From Acidimicrobiales bacterium (lineage in GTDB: Bacteria > Actinomycetota > Acidimicrobiia > Acidimicrobiales > CATQHL01): DNA of 64,000 nucleotides. How positions within the stretch are numbered: the stretch's first letter is position 1; the number at the start of each line of letters is the position of its first letter. Location: the NCBI GenBank assembly GCA_965116465.1, contig OZ220687.1:2436596-2500595 (forward strand). The letters run 5' to 3'. The translations under genes were made by a program, and so were the position numbers. The notes below the pieces were generated by a model. The model searched no databases, was not told the origin of the DNA, and saw only the letters and a list, made by a program, of their open reading frames with translations. This document shows, in pieces, positions 52,189 through 61,293 of the stretch.

Positions 52189-52988
52189 CGCGGGCGACTC
52201 GCGGCCTTGCTCTTCTTGCCGTGCGGGCCGAACGGTTGCTGGAGCGTGTATAGGTTCTCTATCGTGACGCCCTCGGGCGCGAGGGGAGCTTTGACGATAC
52301 TTCGTTCCACCTTCAGCAGTCCTCGTTCTCTCAGTCCTCTCTGGCCGCGCAGGAGGGTGTCGGCGGACACGCGGTAGTAGTCCGGCCCTCGCTCAGCAGG
52401 CAGCGCGAACGCATCCAGGTTGCTCAGCGCGATTACCAAGAAGGCGAGTTCGGGAAGTGAGAGAATCTCGAACCAGCGGTTCGACGGCTCGGGACCGGCG
52501 GTCCACAACGCATGAGGAACCTTGACGTACTGCGAACTTGGACGCTCGTAGGGATCACCCGAACCGTCCTCGCACAGCAGCGTGAATCGCGCCAGTCGCT
52601 TGTGGCGACTCCGGGCGACGAGTTTCCTGGCGACGAGCCGCCCCCAGGTCTTGGATACGCGCGTCCTCGCAACCGTGGTATTCGGTTCGGGAATGCCGAG
52701 CGCGCGGGCCCAGACAGCGGAGTGCAGCGACACGTCCCAGGGCTCCCGACTTGCCTTCGTGAGCGCGAGGAAGTAAAGCAGCAAGCCGACGCGATCGCCC
52801 GCCGTTACCAGGCCGGCGAGAGGTGGGCTGGGTAAAGGCGGTTCAATGCCCTTCTGCTGGATGAAGGTCCGCCGCAGTGGGAACTCGGGCCGGACCGCGG
52901 TGTCGACGATGGCGTCAACGGTGTCGTGGGTGGTGGCCGGGTTATCGCCTGACCGTTCAGACTTCATGCTCGCAGAGTATCCATCCAA
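52185..52988 (-). CDS. Hypothetical 267-aa protein with winged-helix-like basic segments
   Basis: TVARTRVSKTWGRLVARKLVARS and DTLLRGQRGLRERGLLKVE. No enzymatic motif recognised. Confidence 0.5.
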   Translation of the reverse strand: MDGYSASMKSERSGDNPATTHDTVDAIVDTAVRPEFPLRRTFIQQKGIEPPLPSPPLAGLVTAGDRVGLLLYFLALTKASREPWDVSLHSAVWARALGIPEPNTTVARTRVSKTWGRLVARKLVARSRHKRLARFTLLCEDGSGDPYERPSSQYVKVPHALWTAGPEPSNRWFEILSLPELAFLVIALSNLDAFALPAERGPDYYRVSADTLLRGQRGLRERGLLKVERSIVKAPLAPEGVTIENLYTLQQPFGPHGKKSKAASRPR

Positions 52989-53386
52989 TGCGATTACAGC
53001 AACAGATCATAGTCTCAGTGACGCATTTTGAATTACCTTTTCAGCGGGACGTCAACGCTGAGCAGGCGGTCGCACTACGAGTGCGAGTACCAATACCCGA
53101 TGATTGCCACGACTAGTACCTCAGCCATACCCGAATAAGTTCCGTGACTTGGGTCTGCCCGGGAGCGACTAGCCGAGCACCCACCGGATCGGAATCGCCG
53201 AGGGCCTCGCAGATTCCCGTAGTCAATCTGCCCACCACGGATGAGGAGAGCGGTGAGAGACCTCGGCCCCGAGCATCGCACGCTGTCGGAGCCGCCAATG
53301 GCGCACGGGTGGGAATTCGCGGACGGGGTGGCGATGAGTTGCTCGTGTGCCACCTACTCTCCATCCATGGCTGAGACGCGGGTCGG

Positions 53387-56300
53387 ATGGCCGGAGGTCT
53401 GTGCGAGGTGAGTTCGTCGCCGGATGACGCCGTGCATCACAGGCCATCGACGTTCAACGACATCGCCACAGGCGCCCGCCTGACCGGCGTGGTGCCGAAC
53501 ACCGCGGTCACGGTTGTGGCTCTGCAGGTTCACGGGCCGGATTCGGCGACGCTCACCTTTCGCACCGCTGAGGGTGGGCTGGGCGAGCGCTTGCTCTCCT
53601 CCGCTGATCTGGTGTCCCTCAGCCCGGCGCCGACCTCCCGTTGGACGTTTGATGCGGATGGGGAGTTGTTCCGCCTGGCGTCTGAGGCGCGCCGGATGCG
53701 GTTCGCGCATCTCGCCGATCCGTTCGCGGCAGTGGATACGTCGAGCATTGAGCCGTATCCGCATCAGATCGAAGCCGTGTACAAGCGGTTGTTGCCTCAG
53801 CGTCCGGTGCGGTTCGTGCTGGCCGATGATCCTGGGGCGGGCAAGACGATCATGTCGGGGCTGCTGATCCGGGAGTTGATGCTGCGTGGCGACGTGGAGC
53901 GGTGCCTGATCGTCGCGCCTGGCAGCCTGGTGGAGCAGTGGCAGGACGAGTTGGCGGACCGTTTCGGGCTGCGCTTCGAGGTGTTGTCGCGGGCGACGGT
54001 GGAGGCGTCGTACACCGGCAACCCGTTCGCGGACAAGAACCTGCTCATCGCCCGGTTGGATCAGCTGGCCCGGGCCGAGGACTTGCAGGGTCGCCTGCGC
54101 GCCGTGGAGTGGGACCTGGTGATTGTCGATGAGGCCCACAAGATGGCCGCTCACAGCTACGGCGCCGAACTGAAGCGCACGAAGCGGTTCGCACTCGGTG
54201 AGTTGTTGCGCGATCGCACCCGGCACTTCCTGCTTCTCACGGCCACGCCGCATAACGGCAAGAACGAGGACTTCCTGGCGTTCCTGTCGCTCGTGCACCC
54301 GGACCGGTTCGCCGGCCAACTACGCGGTCGCCCGATGCCGGACGTGAGTGACGTGATGCGCCGGCGGGTGAAGGAGAACCTCCGCAGCTTCGAGGGCAGG
54401 CGCCTGTTTCCCCAGCGCTTTGCCCACAGCGTCAAGTTCGAGTTGTCCGAGCCGGAGACCGATCTGTACGAGGCGGTCACTAACTACGTGCGCACGGGCA
54501 TGGCCAAGGCGGCCGACATGGCGGATTCCGACGCCGCCGACCGCCGGCGGGGGATCATCATCGGCTTCGCCCTGGCCGGGCTGCAGCGACGCTTGGCGTC
54601 GTCCCCGGCCGCCATCTATCACTCGTTACGCCGCCGCTCTGAACGTCTCGATGCCCAGGCCAAGGAACTGCGGCGCCTTGCTGCCAGCGGCGAGCCGGTG
54701 CCGGTCGTCAGCCTCCCTCCGGGCGTCCGGCTCTCTGACCTGGAGGATTTCGACTCCGACGAGTACGACGACGCCGAGTTCGAGGAACTGGAGAACGTCT
54801 TCATCGATTCCGCGACCGCGTCCGCGACCGCCGATGAGCTCGAGGCCGAGGTGCAGGAGTTGCGAGGGTTGGTGGCGTTGGCCGAGGAGGTCCGGTCCAG
54901 CGGCACAGACACCAAGTGGACCGAACTCCGGGAGTTGCTGCGCAAAGGCGACTTCGGCCAGACCGTGCCCTCCAACGGCAGCGGCGGGGCCGGTGGCCCA
55001 ACTGACACCGCCGCGGTCCCAGCAGGCCCCCGCAAGCTCATCGTGTTCTCCGAGCACAAGGACACGCTCGATTACGTCGCCGACCGCGTCCGGGCCGAGT
55101 TGGGCCGCCCTGAGGCGGTGATCACCATCCACGGCGGTGTCAAGCGCCACGATCGCCGCGAGTTGCAGGAGCGGTTCCGGGTGGACCCGACGGTGCAGGT
55201 GCTGGTGGCCACCGACGCCGCGGGTGAGGGCGTGAACCTGCAGGTCGCCAACATGATGGTCAACTACGACCTGCCCTGGAACCCCAACCGCATCGAGCAG
55301 CGGTTCGGGCGCATCCACCGCATTGGCCAGCAGCGGCCCTGCCACCTGTGGAACCTCGTCGCGCATGAGACCAGGGAGGGCAGCGTCTTCACCCGGCTGT
55401 TCGAGAAGATCGAGCAGCAGAAGGGCGTCTACGGCGATCAGGTCTATGACGTGTTGGGCGACTCGCACATCAACACGTCGCTGCAGCAGTTGCTGCTCGA
55501 CGCCATCCGCACCGATGCCGACCCGGCGCACTTGGCCTACATGGACGAGGTCATCGAGGGCGAGATCGGCGAGCAGCTCAAGGCCGTCCTGGAGGAGCGA
55601 GCATTGGTGGCAAGCGTCGCCGATCCGGCGGCCAACGAGAAGATCCGCGACCTCATGGAACGCTCCAAGGCCCGCAAGCTGCAGCCCTGGTTCGTGGAGG
55701 CGTTCTTCTCCGAGGCGTTGAAGAGCTATGGCGGACGCATTGTTCCCCGGGAGCGTGGCCGTTTCGAGATCACCCGAGTGCCCGCGTCGGTGCGCGCCCA
55801 CGCGGATGCCGCCAAGGGTCCGGTGCACGACCGCTACGCCCGAGTCACCTTCAACAAGGACCACGTCCACCTCGACGGCGCCGACCGGGCCGAGCTGATT
55901 TCCCCCGGCAGCCCGCTGCTGACCGCCGCGGTCAACAGGGTCCTCGCCGATCACGGCCACACTCTCGACCGCGGCGCCACCCTCATTGACCCCGACGACC
56001 TGTCGACCGAGCCCCGCCTGCTCGTCTATCTCGACCACGCCGTCACCGATGGGCGCCATGTCGGCGGCCACCGCCAAGTCGTCTCCCGGCGCTTCCAATA
56101 CGCGGAAATCGACCAGCACGGCACCGTGAGCGACCCCGGCGGCGAGCCCTACATCGGCTACCAACCGCCCAACGACGAGCAACGAGCGCTCATCGACGCC
56201 AACCTCAACCTCGACTGGGTCGACAACACCGCCGAATCGACCGCCCGAGACTGGGCCATCCAACACCTCGCCGGGCCACACCTCGAAGAGATCGCCGCCA

Positions 56301-57004
56301 TCACCAACGCCAGGGTCGACAAGGTCCGCGAAGCCGTCCGGGAACGCCTCGAGTCCGAGATCCGCCACTGGGACGAACGCACCGAGCAGATCAAGGCCCA
56401 GGAACTCTCCGGCGGAAGACCGAAGATCAGCTCCGGACGGGCCCGCGCCCGCGCCGACGACCTCGAAACCCGCCTGGCGCGCCGCCGCCTCGAACTCGAC
56501 ATGGAAGCCGACCTCCACAGCAGCCCCCCCAACATCGTCGCCGCCGCCCTCGTCATCCCCCAGGGCCTGCTCGACCAACTCGCCGGCACGCCGCCCGACC
56601 CCCACGAGACCGCCGACAAGATGGAAACCGACCGCCGCGCCGTCGCCGCCGTCCTCGCCGCCGAGCGGGCACTCGGCCGTATTCCCGAAGGGCAGGCCCA
56701 CAGCAACCCAGGCTTCGACGTCCTCTCGGTCGACCCGGCCACCGGCATTCACTACTTCATCGAGGTCAAGGGCCACCTACCCCGCACCACCGAGATCAGC
56801 GTCAGCGCTCAGCAGGTCCAGAAGGCCCGCTCAAACCCCGACCGCTGGCGCCTGGCCGTCGTCTCGGTCCCCGACGACCCCGATACCGAGCCGGCCGTCC
56901 GTTACCTCGTCGACCCGTTCCGCGACTACACCCTCCACTTCGCCGAAAGCAAGATCACCCTCAACGTCGCCGACCTCCTCAGCGCCGCCGGCCCGCCTTG
57001 CTGA
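53387..57004 (+). CDS. SNF2-family helicase with a C-terminal DUF3883/PD-(D/E)xK nuclease-like domain
   Basis: 1205 aa. VLADDPGAGKTIMSGLL, WDLVIVDEAHKMAA, FLLLTATPHNGKNEDF, VLVATDAAGEGVNLQ and YDLPWNPNRIEQRFGRIHRIGQ. C-terminal GFDVLSVDPATGIHYFIEVKGHL (D...ExK). Confidence 0.85.
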   Translation: MAGGLCEVSSSPDDAVHHRPSTFNDIATGARLTGVVPNTAVTVVALQVHGPDSATLTFRTAEGGLGERLLSSADLVSLSPAPTSRWTFDADGELFRLASEARRMRFAHLADPFAAVDTSSIEPYPHQIEAVYKRLLPQRPVRFVLADDPGAGKTIMSGLLIRELMLRGDVERCLIVAPGSLVEQWQDELADRFGLRFEVLSRATVEASYTGNPFADKNLLIARLDQLARAEDLQGRLRAVEWDLVIVDEAHKMAAHSYGAELKRTKRFALGELLRDRTRHFLLLTATPHNGKNEDFLAFLSLVHPDRFAGQLRGRPMPDVSDVMRRRVKENLRSFEGRRLFPQRFAHSVKFELSEPETDLYEAVTNYVRTGMAKAADMADSDAADRRRGIIIGFALAGLQRRLASSPAAIYHSLRRRSERLDAQAKELRRLAASGEPVPVVSLPPGVRLSDLEDFDSDEYDDAEFEELENVFIDSATASATADELEAEVQELRGLVALAEEVRSSGTDTKWTELRELLRKGDFGQTVPSNGSGGAGGPTDTAAVPAGPRKLIVFSEHKDTLDYVADRVRAELGRPEAVITIHGGVKRHDRRELQERFRVDPTVQVLVATDAAGEGVNLQVANMMVNYDLPWNPNRIEQRFGRIHRIGQQRPCHLWNLVAHETREGSVFTRLFEKIEQQKGVYGDQVYDVLGDSHINTSLQQLLLDAIRTDADPAHLAYMDEVIEGEIGEQLKAVLEERALVASVADPAANEKIRDLMERSKARKLQPWFVEAFFSEALKSYGGRIVPRERGRFEITRVPASVRAHADAAKGPVHDRYARVTFNKDHVHLDGADRAELISPGSPLLTAAVNRVLADHGHTLDRGATLIDPDDLSTEPRLLVYLDHAVTDGRHVGGHRQVVSRRFQYAEIDQHGTVSDPGGEPYIGYQPPNDEQRALIDANLNLDWVDNTAESTARDWAIQHLAGPHLEEIAAITNARVDKVREAVRERLESEIRHWDERTEQIKAQELSGGRPKISSGRARARADDLETRLARRRLELDMEADLHSSPPNIVAAALVIPQGLLDQLAGTPPDPHETADKMETDRRAVAAVLAAERALGRIPEGQAHSNPGFDVLSVDPATGIHYFIEVKGHLPRTTEISVSAQQVQKARSNPDRWRLAVVSVPDDPDTEPAVRYLVDPFRDYTLHFAESKITLNVADLLSAAGPPC

Positions 57005-57051
57005 AGGCCGGCCGAGCCCGCTGGCCGAGGGTCGGCTCGGCCGACCGGTGG

Positions 57052-57738
57052 TCAGGTGCTCGCGGTGTGGGAGGGGATGCCGATGTGGACCGTCCGGCGT
57101 TCTGCCGGGGTGATGCAGACCTCGAAGCGCAGCAACGGCTTCGGCAGGCGAACATCCACGACGGAACTCGCAGTGTTGTAGAAGCTGCGCAGCACGAACT
57201 CCACGAATGCGTGGGGAGTCACGCCGGCGGAGACCGGGATCCGGCACGCGGAGTACTGGCCGAGGGTCATGTGCGAGGCCGGATGATCCAACTCGACCGC
57301 GATTCCGTCCCGGCTGTCGTAGTCGAACCGGCAGGGCACGGTTACGACGCCCTTCTCGACCACGTCGGCGTACATCCGCTCCTGCATGTAGATCTCGGGG
57401 TTGTTCTGGTACTCCAGCAGGTCGGGCGACGGCAGGAACGCCAGGCGATGGCGTACGAGGCGTCGCTCGCGGAACTCGTACTCCATCTGCAGCATCGCCC
57501 CGTCGAGCATCAGGACGTTGAACGAGCGCGCCCGGCGCAACTCCCGGTAGGTCTTGCTGTACGGCGTGTTCCGGGGAGCCGATCCGAGACCGCCGTGTGA
57601 CGAATAGCGAACGAGGTAGTCGCCAGAACCCGCCCGGGACTCGTACGCCGGATTCTGATCGTCGGCGAGGCCGGACTCGACCAGCGCCGCGGTTGCGCCG
57701 TTGATCTCTTGGAGCACCTTGCGATGCGCGGTCACCAT
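57052..57738 (-). CDS. DUF2290-like protein
   Basis: 228 aa with SFNVLMLDGAMLQMEYEF and VPCRFDYDSRDG. Starts 7 nt after the upstream helicase stop. Family call from memory. Confidence 0.6.
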   Translation of the reverse strand: MVTAHRKVLQEINGATAALVESGLADDQNPAYESRAGSGDYLVRYSSHGGLGSAPRNTPYSKTYRELRRARSFNVLMLDGAMLQMEYEFRERRLVRHRLAFLPSPDLLEYQNNPEIYMQERMYADVVEKGVVTVPCRFDYDSRDGIAVELDHPASHMTLGQYSACRIPVSAGVTPHAFVEFVLRSFYNTASSVVDVRLPKPLLRFEVCITPAERRTVHIGIPSHTAST

Positions 57739-57745
57739 CGGACTG

Positions 57746-59905
57746 TCACGCCCCGGCCGCTCCGAGTAGCTCGCGGAGCGTCGCCAACTGTTCGCCGTCG
57801 ATGTCCTCCAAGAGGATGCGGCCGTGTTGCAGATCCTCGATGAGGCCGTCCACGGATTTCAGACGCTTCTCCCAGTCCTTCTGCTCCTTGCCCGACATGT
57901 CCCGATGGACGACGGTGAGATGCTCCAACTCATCCTGCGTGGGGTAGCGAAACGACAACTCGAAGTTCGCTTGTCTGACCTGCTCGTACTCCTCGATGAG
58001 AGAGTCCATCTCGGGGCCGATACCACACACCCGCACCCAGGCCGTGCTACGTGTCATCGCCGTGAAGAGCCGGTTGCGGACGTGAGCGAGGTTGGCGGTG
58101 GCGCCGTGTGCCTCCTCCGCGTTGACCACGTAGACCATTGCGGCTTCGTTGCCCTTGGCCCTGTGGATGCCGGTACAGGTCACCGATCCGGTCTGGCGGA
58201 ACACGTCGGCCTCTGTATCAACACCGGCAAGGTGGCTCGGGATGTCCCGCGCGAACAACTCCGCTCTGATACGGCCCAACTTCTTCCGCGCCGAGAGCGG
58301 GTCGGTGTTGATGACGATGACGTCACCGTGTCGCAGTTCGTCCTTGTCGAGGTTGCGCTCGATCTGAGTGGCGACCCACCTGGCCTGCGTCGTCTGATCA
58401 TCGAACCTGTGGAACTGGATCAGGTCGTTGATGGGGGAATGGGATTCCAGGAACTCTGGACTGGTCTCCGGCAGCCGAGCCAAACGGACGTCCTTGCCGA
58501 GCGCCAGTTCTCCCGAGCGAACCTTGTAGCCGACATCGGTCCAGAGTTCGGGTCGATCGAACATCTGCACGAGCCCGGTGGGGCTCCAGGACGGTGGCTC
58601 TCGATAGATGCCGAACCCCAGACCATGAGCAGAAACCAGGACAGGGCGTGAGTTCCGGTAGCACTTCTCGAGGATGATGTCCCGCTGAGCCCCGTCGCCG
58701 TCGCTGTCGTCAAAGCTGACTCTCGGGCCACCCCCATCGCGCGTACCGAATATGTCTTCGGGTGGAGGCAAGCCCTCGTTCGTCAGGTTCTGCAGTTCGT
58801 CGTATGCGTAGACGAGACGTTTTGGTCGCTTGAGGACCTCGTAGCACAGTCTGAGGAACGCAGGCGGGAAGTCCTGCGCTTCATCGACGAGAATGGCATC
58901 GTACGATCTGCGGACCTTGCCAGTGTTGTCGAGCGCCGTCTCCACGGCACCCTCGAAGGCGTTCTCGAACCCGAACCTGGACTTCGCGGCGAAGAAGTTG
59001 AGGTACTCGAGGTCCTGGTTCCGGCAGAACTCGTAGTAGATCCCATCTCGGTCGGCTCCCCCCGAGGCACCCCAGGAATTGACGACTCGAAGCCTGTCCC
59101 AGTCCGGCTCCTCACCGGTCTGTTCGATCGAGAAGTTCGTGATGAGACGTGTGAAGTGGCCCTTGAGGGAGCGCGTGTTGAACGTGACTGCTATTCGCCA
59201 GTCCGGATGCCGGGCATGGAGGTATGCCGCCTTCAGCGCAAGGACGATCGTCTTGCCCGAGCCGGCAAGACCTCGGATGCGCTGGACACCGGCCACGGTC
59301 TCGATCACAGCCTTGCTCTGGCTCCGGTCAAGGGTCGCGATGGAGTTCTCGAGCGCGTCGAGCCTGGCGGCTCTCGAGTCCGGCGTCCCCGGAGCACGCG
59401 CCCCACCGGGCCGGCGGATCGCCGTGATGCTCTGAATGGCCGAGAGCGTTCTGTCGTAGAGCTCCGGCGTGGAGGATTCCCAGACGAGTTGCTTGAGGTG
59501 TAGCACGAGGGCGGAGCCGTCCAGGACGGGATAGTCGTGATCGGCGACCTCGTGCGGGACTGCAGGCGCAAACGTCACCGTGGCAATGTCGACGAGCAGG
59601 TTGCGGCGCCGTACGAGACCCTTATGCGGCATGAGCCGCGCATACAGCCGGTTGTAGGCCTCGTCCTGCCGCGCGACGTGGTCGCCCAGATCGGTTCCTT
59701 CGACAAGATCGAAGCAGACCAACCCCTGATCCGGAGAGACGAGCAGCGCGTCGATCGCGTAGCGGCCGTCAGGTGAGGCCATCACCGGATACCCGATCAG
59801 TAGCTGCCCATGCAAGTTCTGGTCGCGGAGGCCACTGACGAGCGCATCCGTAGCCGCGGGCTTGTCATTCGTACCGTGGACGATGCTGAGGGGTGGTGTG
59901 CTCAT
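57746..59905 (-). CDS. SF1 (UvrD/DUF2075-like) helicase with an N-terminal NERD-like domain
   Basis: 719 aa. YAIDALLVSPDQGLVCFDLVEG (nuclease-like, no ExK), Walker A IRGLAGSGKTIVLALKAAYL, motif II YDAILVDEAQDFPPAFL, motif VI GIHRAKGNEAAMVYVV. Confidence 0.8.
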   Translation of the reverse strand: MSTPPLSIVHGTNDKPAATDALVSGLRDQNLHGQLLIGYPVMASPDGRYAIDALLVSPDQGLVCFDLVEGTDLGDHVARQDEAYNRLYARLMPHKGLVRRRNLLVDIATVTFAPAVPHEVADHDYPVLDGSALVLHLKQLVWESSTPELYDRTLSAIQSITAIRRPGGARAPGTPDSRAARLDALENSIATLDRSQSKAVIETVAGVQRIRGLAGSGKTIVLALKAAYLHARHPDWRIAVTFNTRSLKGHFTRLITNFSIEQTGEEPDWDRLRVVNSWGASGGADRDGIYYEFCRNQDLEYLNFFAAKSRFGFENAFEGAVETALDNTGKVRRSYDAILVDEAQDFPPAFLRLCYEVLKRPKRLVYAYDELQNLTNEGLPPPEDIFGTRDGGGPRVSFDDSDGDGAQRDIILEKCYRNSRPVLVSAHGLGFGIYREPPSWSPTGLVQMFDRPELWTDVGYKVRSGELALGKDVRLARLPETSPEFLESHSPINDLIQFHRFDDQTTQARWVATQIERNLDKDELRHGDVIVINTDPLSARKKLGRIRAELFARDIPSHLAGVDTEADVFRQTGSVTCTGIHRAKGNEAAMVYVVNAEEAHGATANLAHVRNRLFTAMTRSTAWVRVCGIGPEMDSLIEEYEQVRQANFELSFRYPTQDELEHLTVVHRDMSGKEQKDWEKRLKSVDGLIEDLQHGRILLEDIDGEQLATLRELLGAAGA

Positions 59906-60453
59906 GGTCCTGAGGCCTCAAGTGGGAGAACCTGACATTGTCCCAGCCTGACGGCGGTCGGCCGGGTCTCGACGCGGGTGTCGCGTCAGGAGCGATCCTA
60001 CGCGCCTGGCCGATCGGCAGGCCGGGGCGGTCACGCCGCCATGGCGACGCGGAACAACCTGATCGAGATGACGTGCGTGCGCACAAACCCGGGACTGCGG
60101 TTCCTGAAGGCGTGGAGTGACTGCCGATGGCGGAGGTCAAGGCCGCGAGGCGCGTGAACCTACGACATCGTGCCGCCAATTCCAACCCTGCCCGGCCCGA
60201 TGGCACCACGGGCGACGGCTGGCGCAGCACCCACAACTCCGCACTTCGCCATGCGTCGAGGAGGAACGGCGAGAGTCGCGTCATGCGGTGTGGCTCCGCG
60301 GCGAACGTCACGGGATGCCGCGAGGATCTGGCCAGCGGATCTACTGAGATTGGATTGAGGTGCTCTGGCCCGGTCGCCAGCGGTGGTTGACTGGTTGAGC
60401 CGAGGCGACGTGTTGAGTGGGATGGCTCGGACGAATAGCAGGAAGGATGCACA

Positions 60454-60984
60454 GTGCGGCTTGATGAGGTGCGTGAGGAGGATCCCGGTGTACCGGCCCG
60501 TGCCGGGGAGGTCGTCGCAAGGTTGCAGGCGTTGGCGGAGCAGCGAGCCGAGGATGGGCTAGCGGTGCTGGTGGAGGAGTTGGGTGATCTGGGCTTCTCG
60601 TGGCGGGACGTGGCCCGTGTTGCCAAAGTCACCCTGCCCGTTCTGCACCGCTGGCGCCAAGGCGTCCCTACGAGCGGAGGGGATGCCGAGCGGACAGCCA
60701 TGCTGGCAGCGCTCTGTGAGATCGCACGAGGCGATCAGATCAACGACGTGTTGGGGCGGTTGGAGACTCCCATCGACTCCGCCGCGCCGGTGACCGGCAT
60801 GGACCTTGTCGCCGACGACCGGTTCGACCTCGTGCTGCGGCTGCTCACGAGTGGCGGCGAGGGCGCCGAATCGATCCTGGACGAGTTCGAACCCGGATGG
60901 CACGATCGTTACGCCTCCGATATGGAGGTGTTCGTCGCGCCCGACGGACTGCCAGGTGTGTGCTTGAGCCACCGGACAACTTGA
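60454..60984 (+). CDS. HTH-containing hypothetical protein (possible Xre/MbcA/ParS-like antitoxin architecture)
   Basis: GTG start after AGGAAGGA. LGFSWRDVARVAKVTLPVLHRWRQG looks like an HTH. The antitoxin idea is speculative. Confidence 0.45.
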   Translation: MRLDEVREEDPGVPARAGEVVARLQALAEQRAEDGLAVLVEELGDLGFSWRDVARVAKVTLPVLHRWRQGVPTSGGDAERTAMLAALCEIARGDQINDVLGRLETPIDSAAPVTGMDLVADDRFDLVLRLLTSGGEGAESILDEFEPGWHDRYASDMEVFVAPDGLPGVCLSHRTT

Positions 60985-61090
60985 GAGGCTGAGAATTCCC
61001 TATCGGGGCCGCTCGGATATGCCTCCCCAAGTCCGAGACGCTCTGGGTTCCACGGTTGAATCGCATGTCGCTCGGAGGTAGGAATCTGCT

Positions 61091-61293
61091 ATGAGCAGTG
61101 ACACAGTTATGACGACATGGAGAATAGAACACGCGTGTAGGCTTATCGGTCGGTTGATCTCCAAGAATCCAATCGCCCCCGATGCAATACCAGATGCTGA
61201 AGCCGTCCAAGCGTGGGCATTTGTCACATCTCTCTATAACGGTATTGAACAAGCCTTGAAGCACTTGTTGCTCCTATCGGATCTAGGCATTCC
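61091..61293 (+). pseudogene. AT-rich ORF truncated by the ISL3 insertion (possible HEPN-like helix ...LYNGIEQALKHLLLL...)
   Basis: The reading frame runs straight into the IS left inverted repeat at 61294. No continuation is recognisable beyond the right IS end. Confidence 0.35.

Noticed and set aside
59906-60453. Retron msr/msd or another defence-associated ncRNA in the large gap upstream of the helicase/DUF2290 operon
   Set aside because: No reverse transcriptase gene is nearby, and I could not identify the flanking inverted repeats typical of retron ncRNA. Only short generic hairpins were seen.
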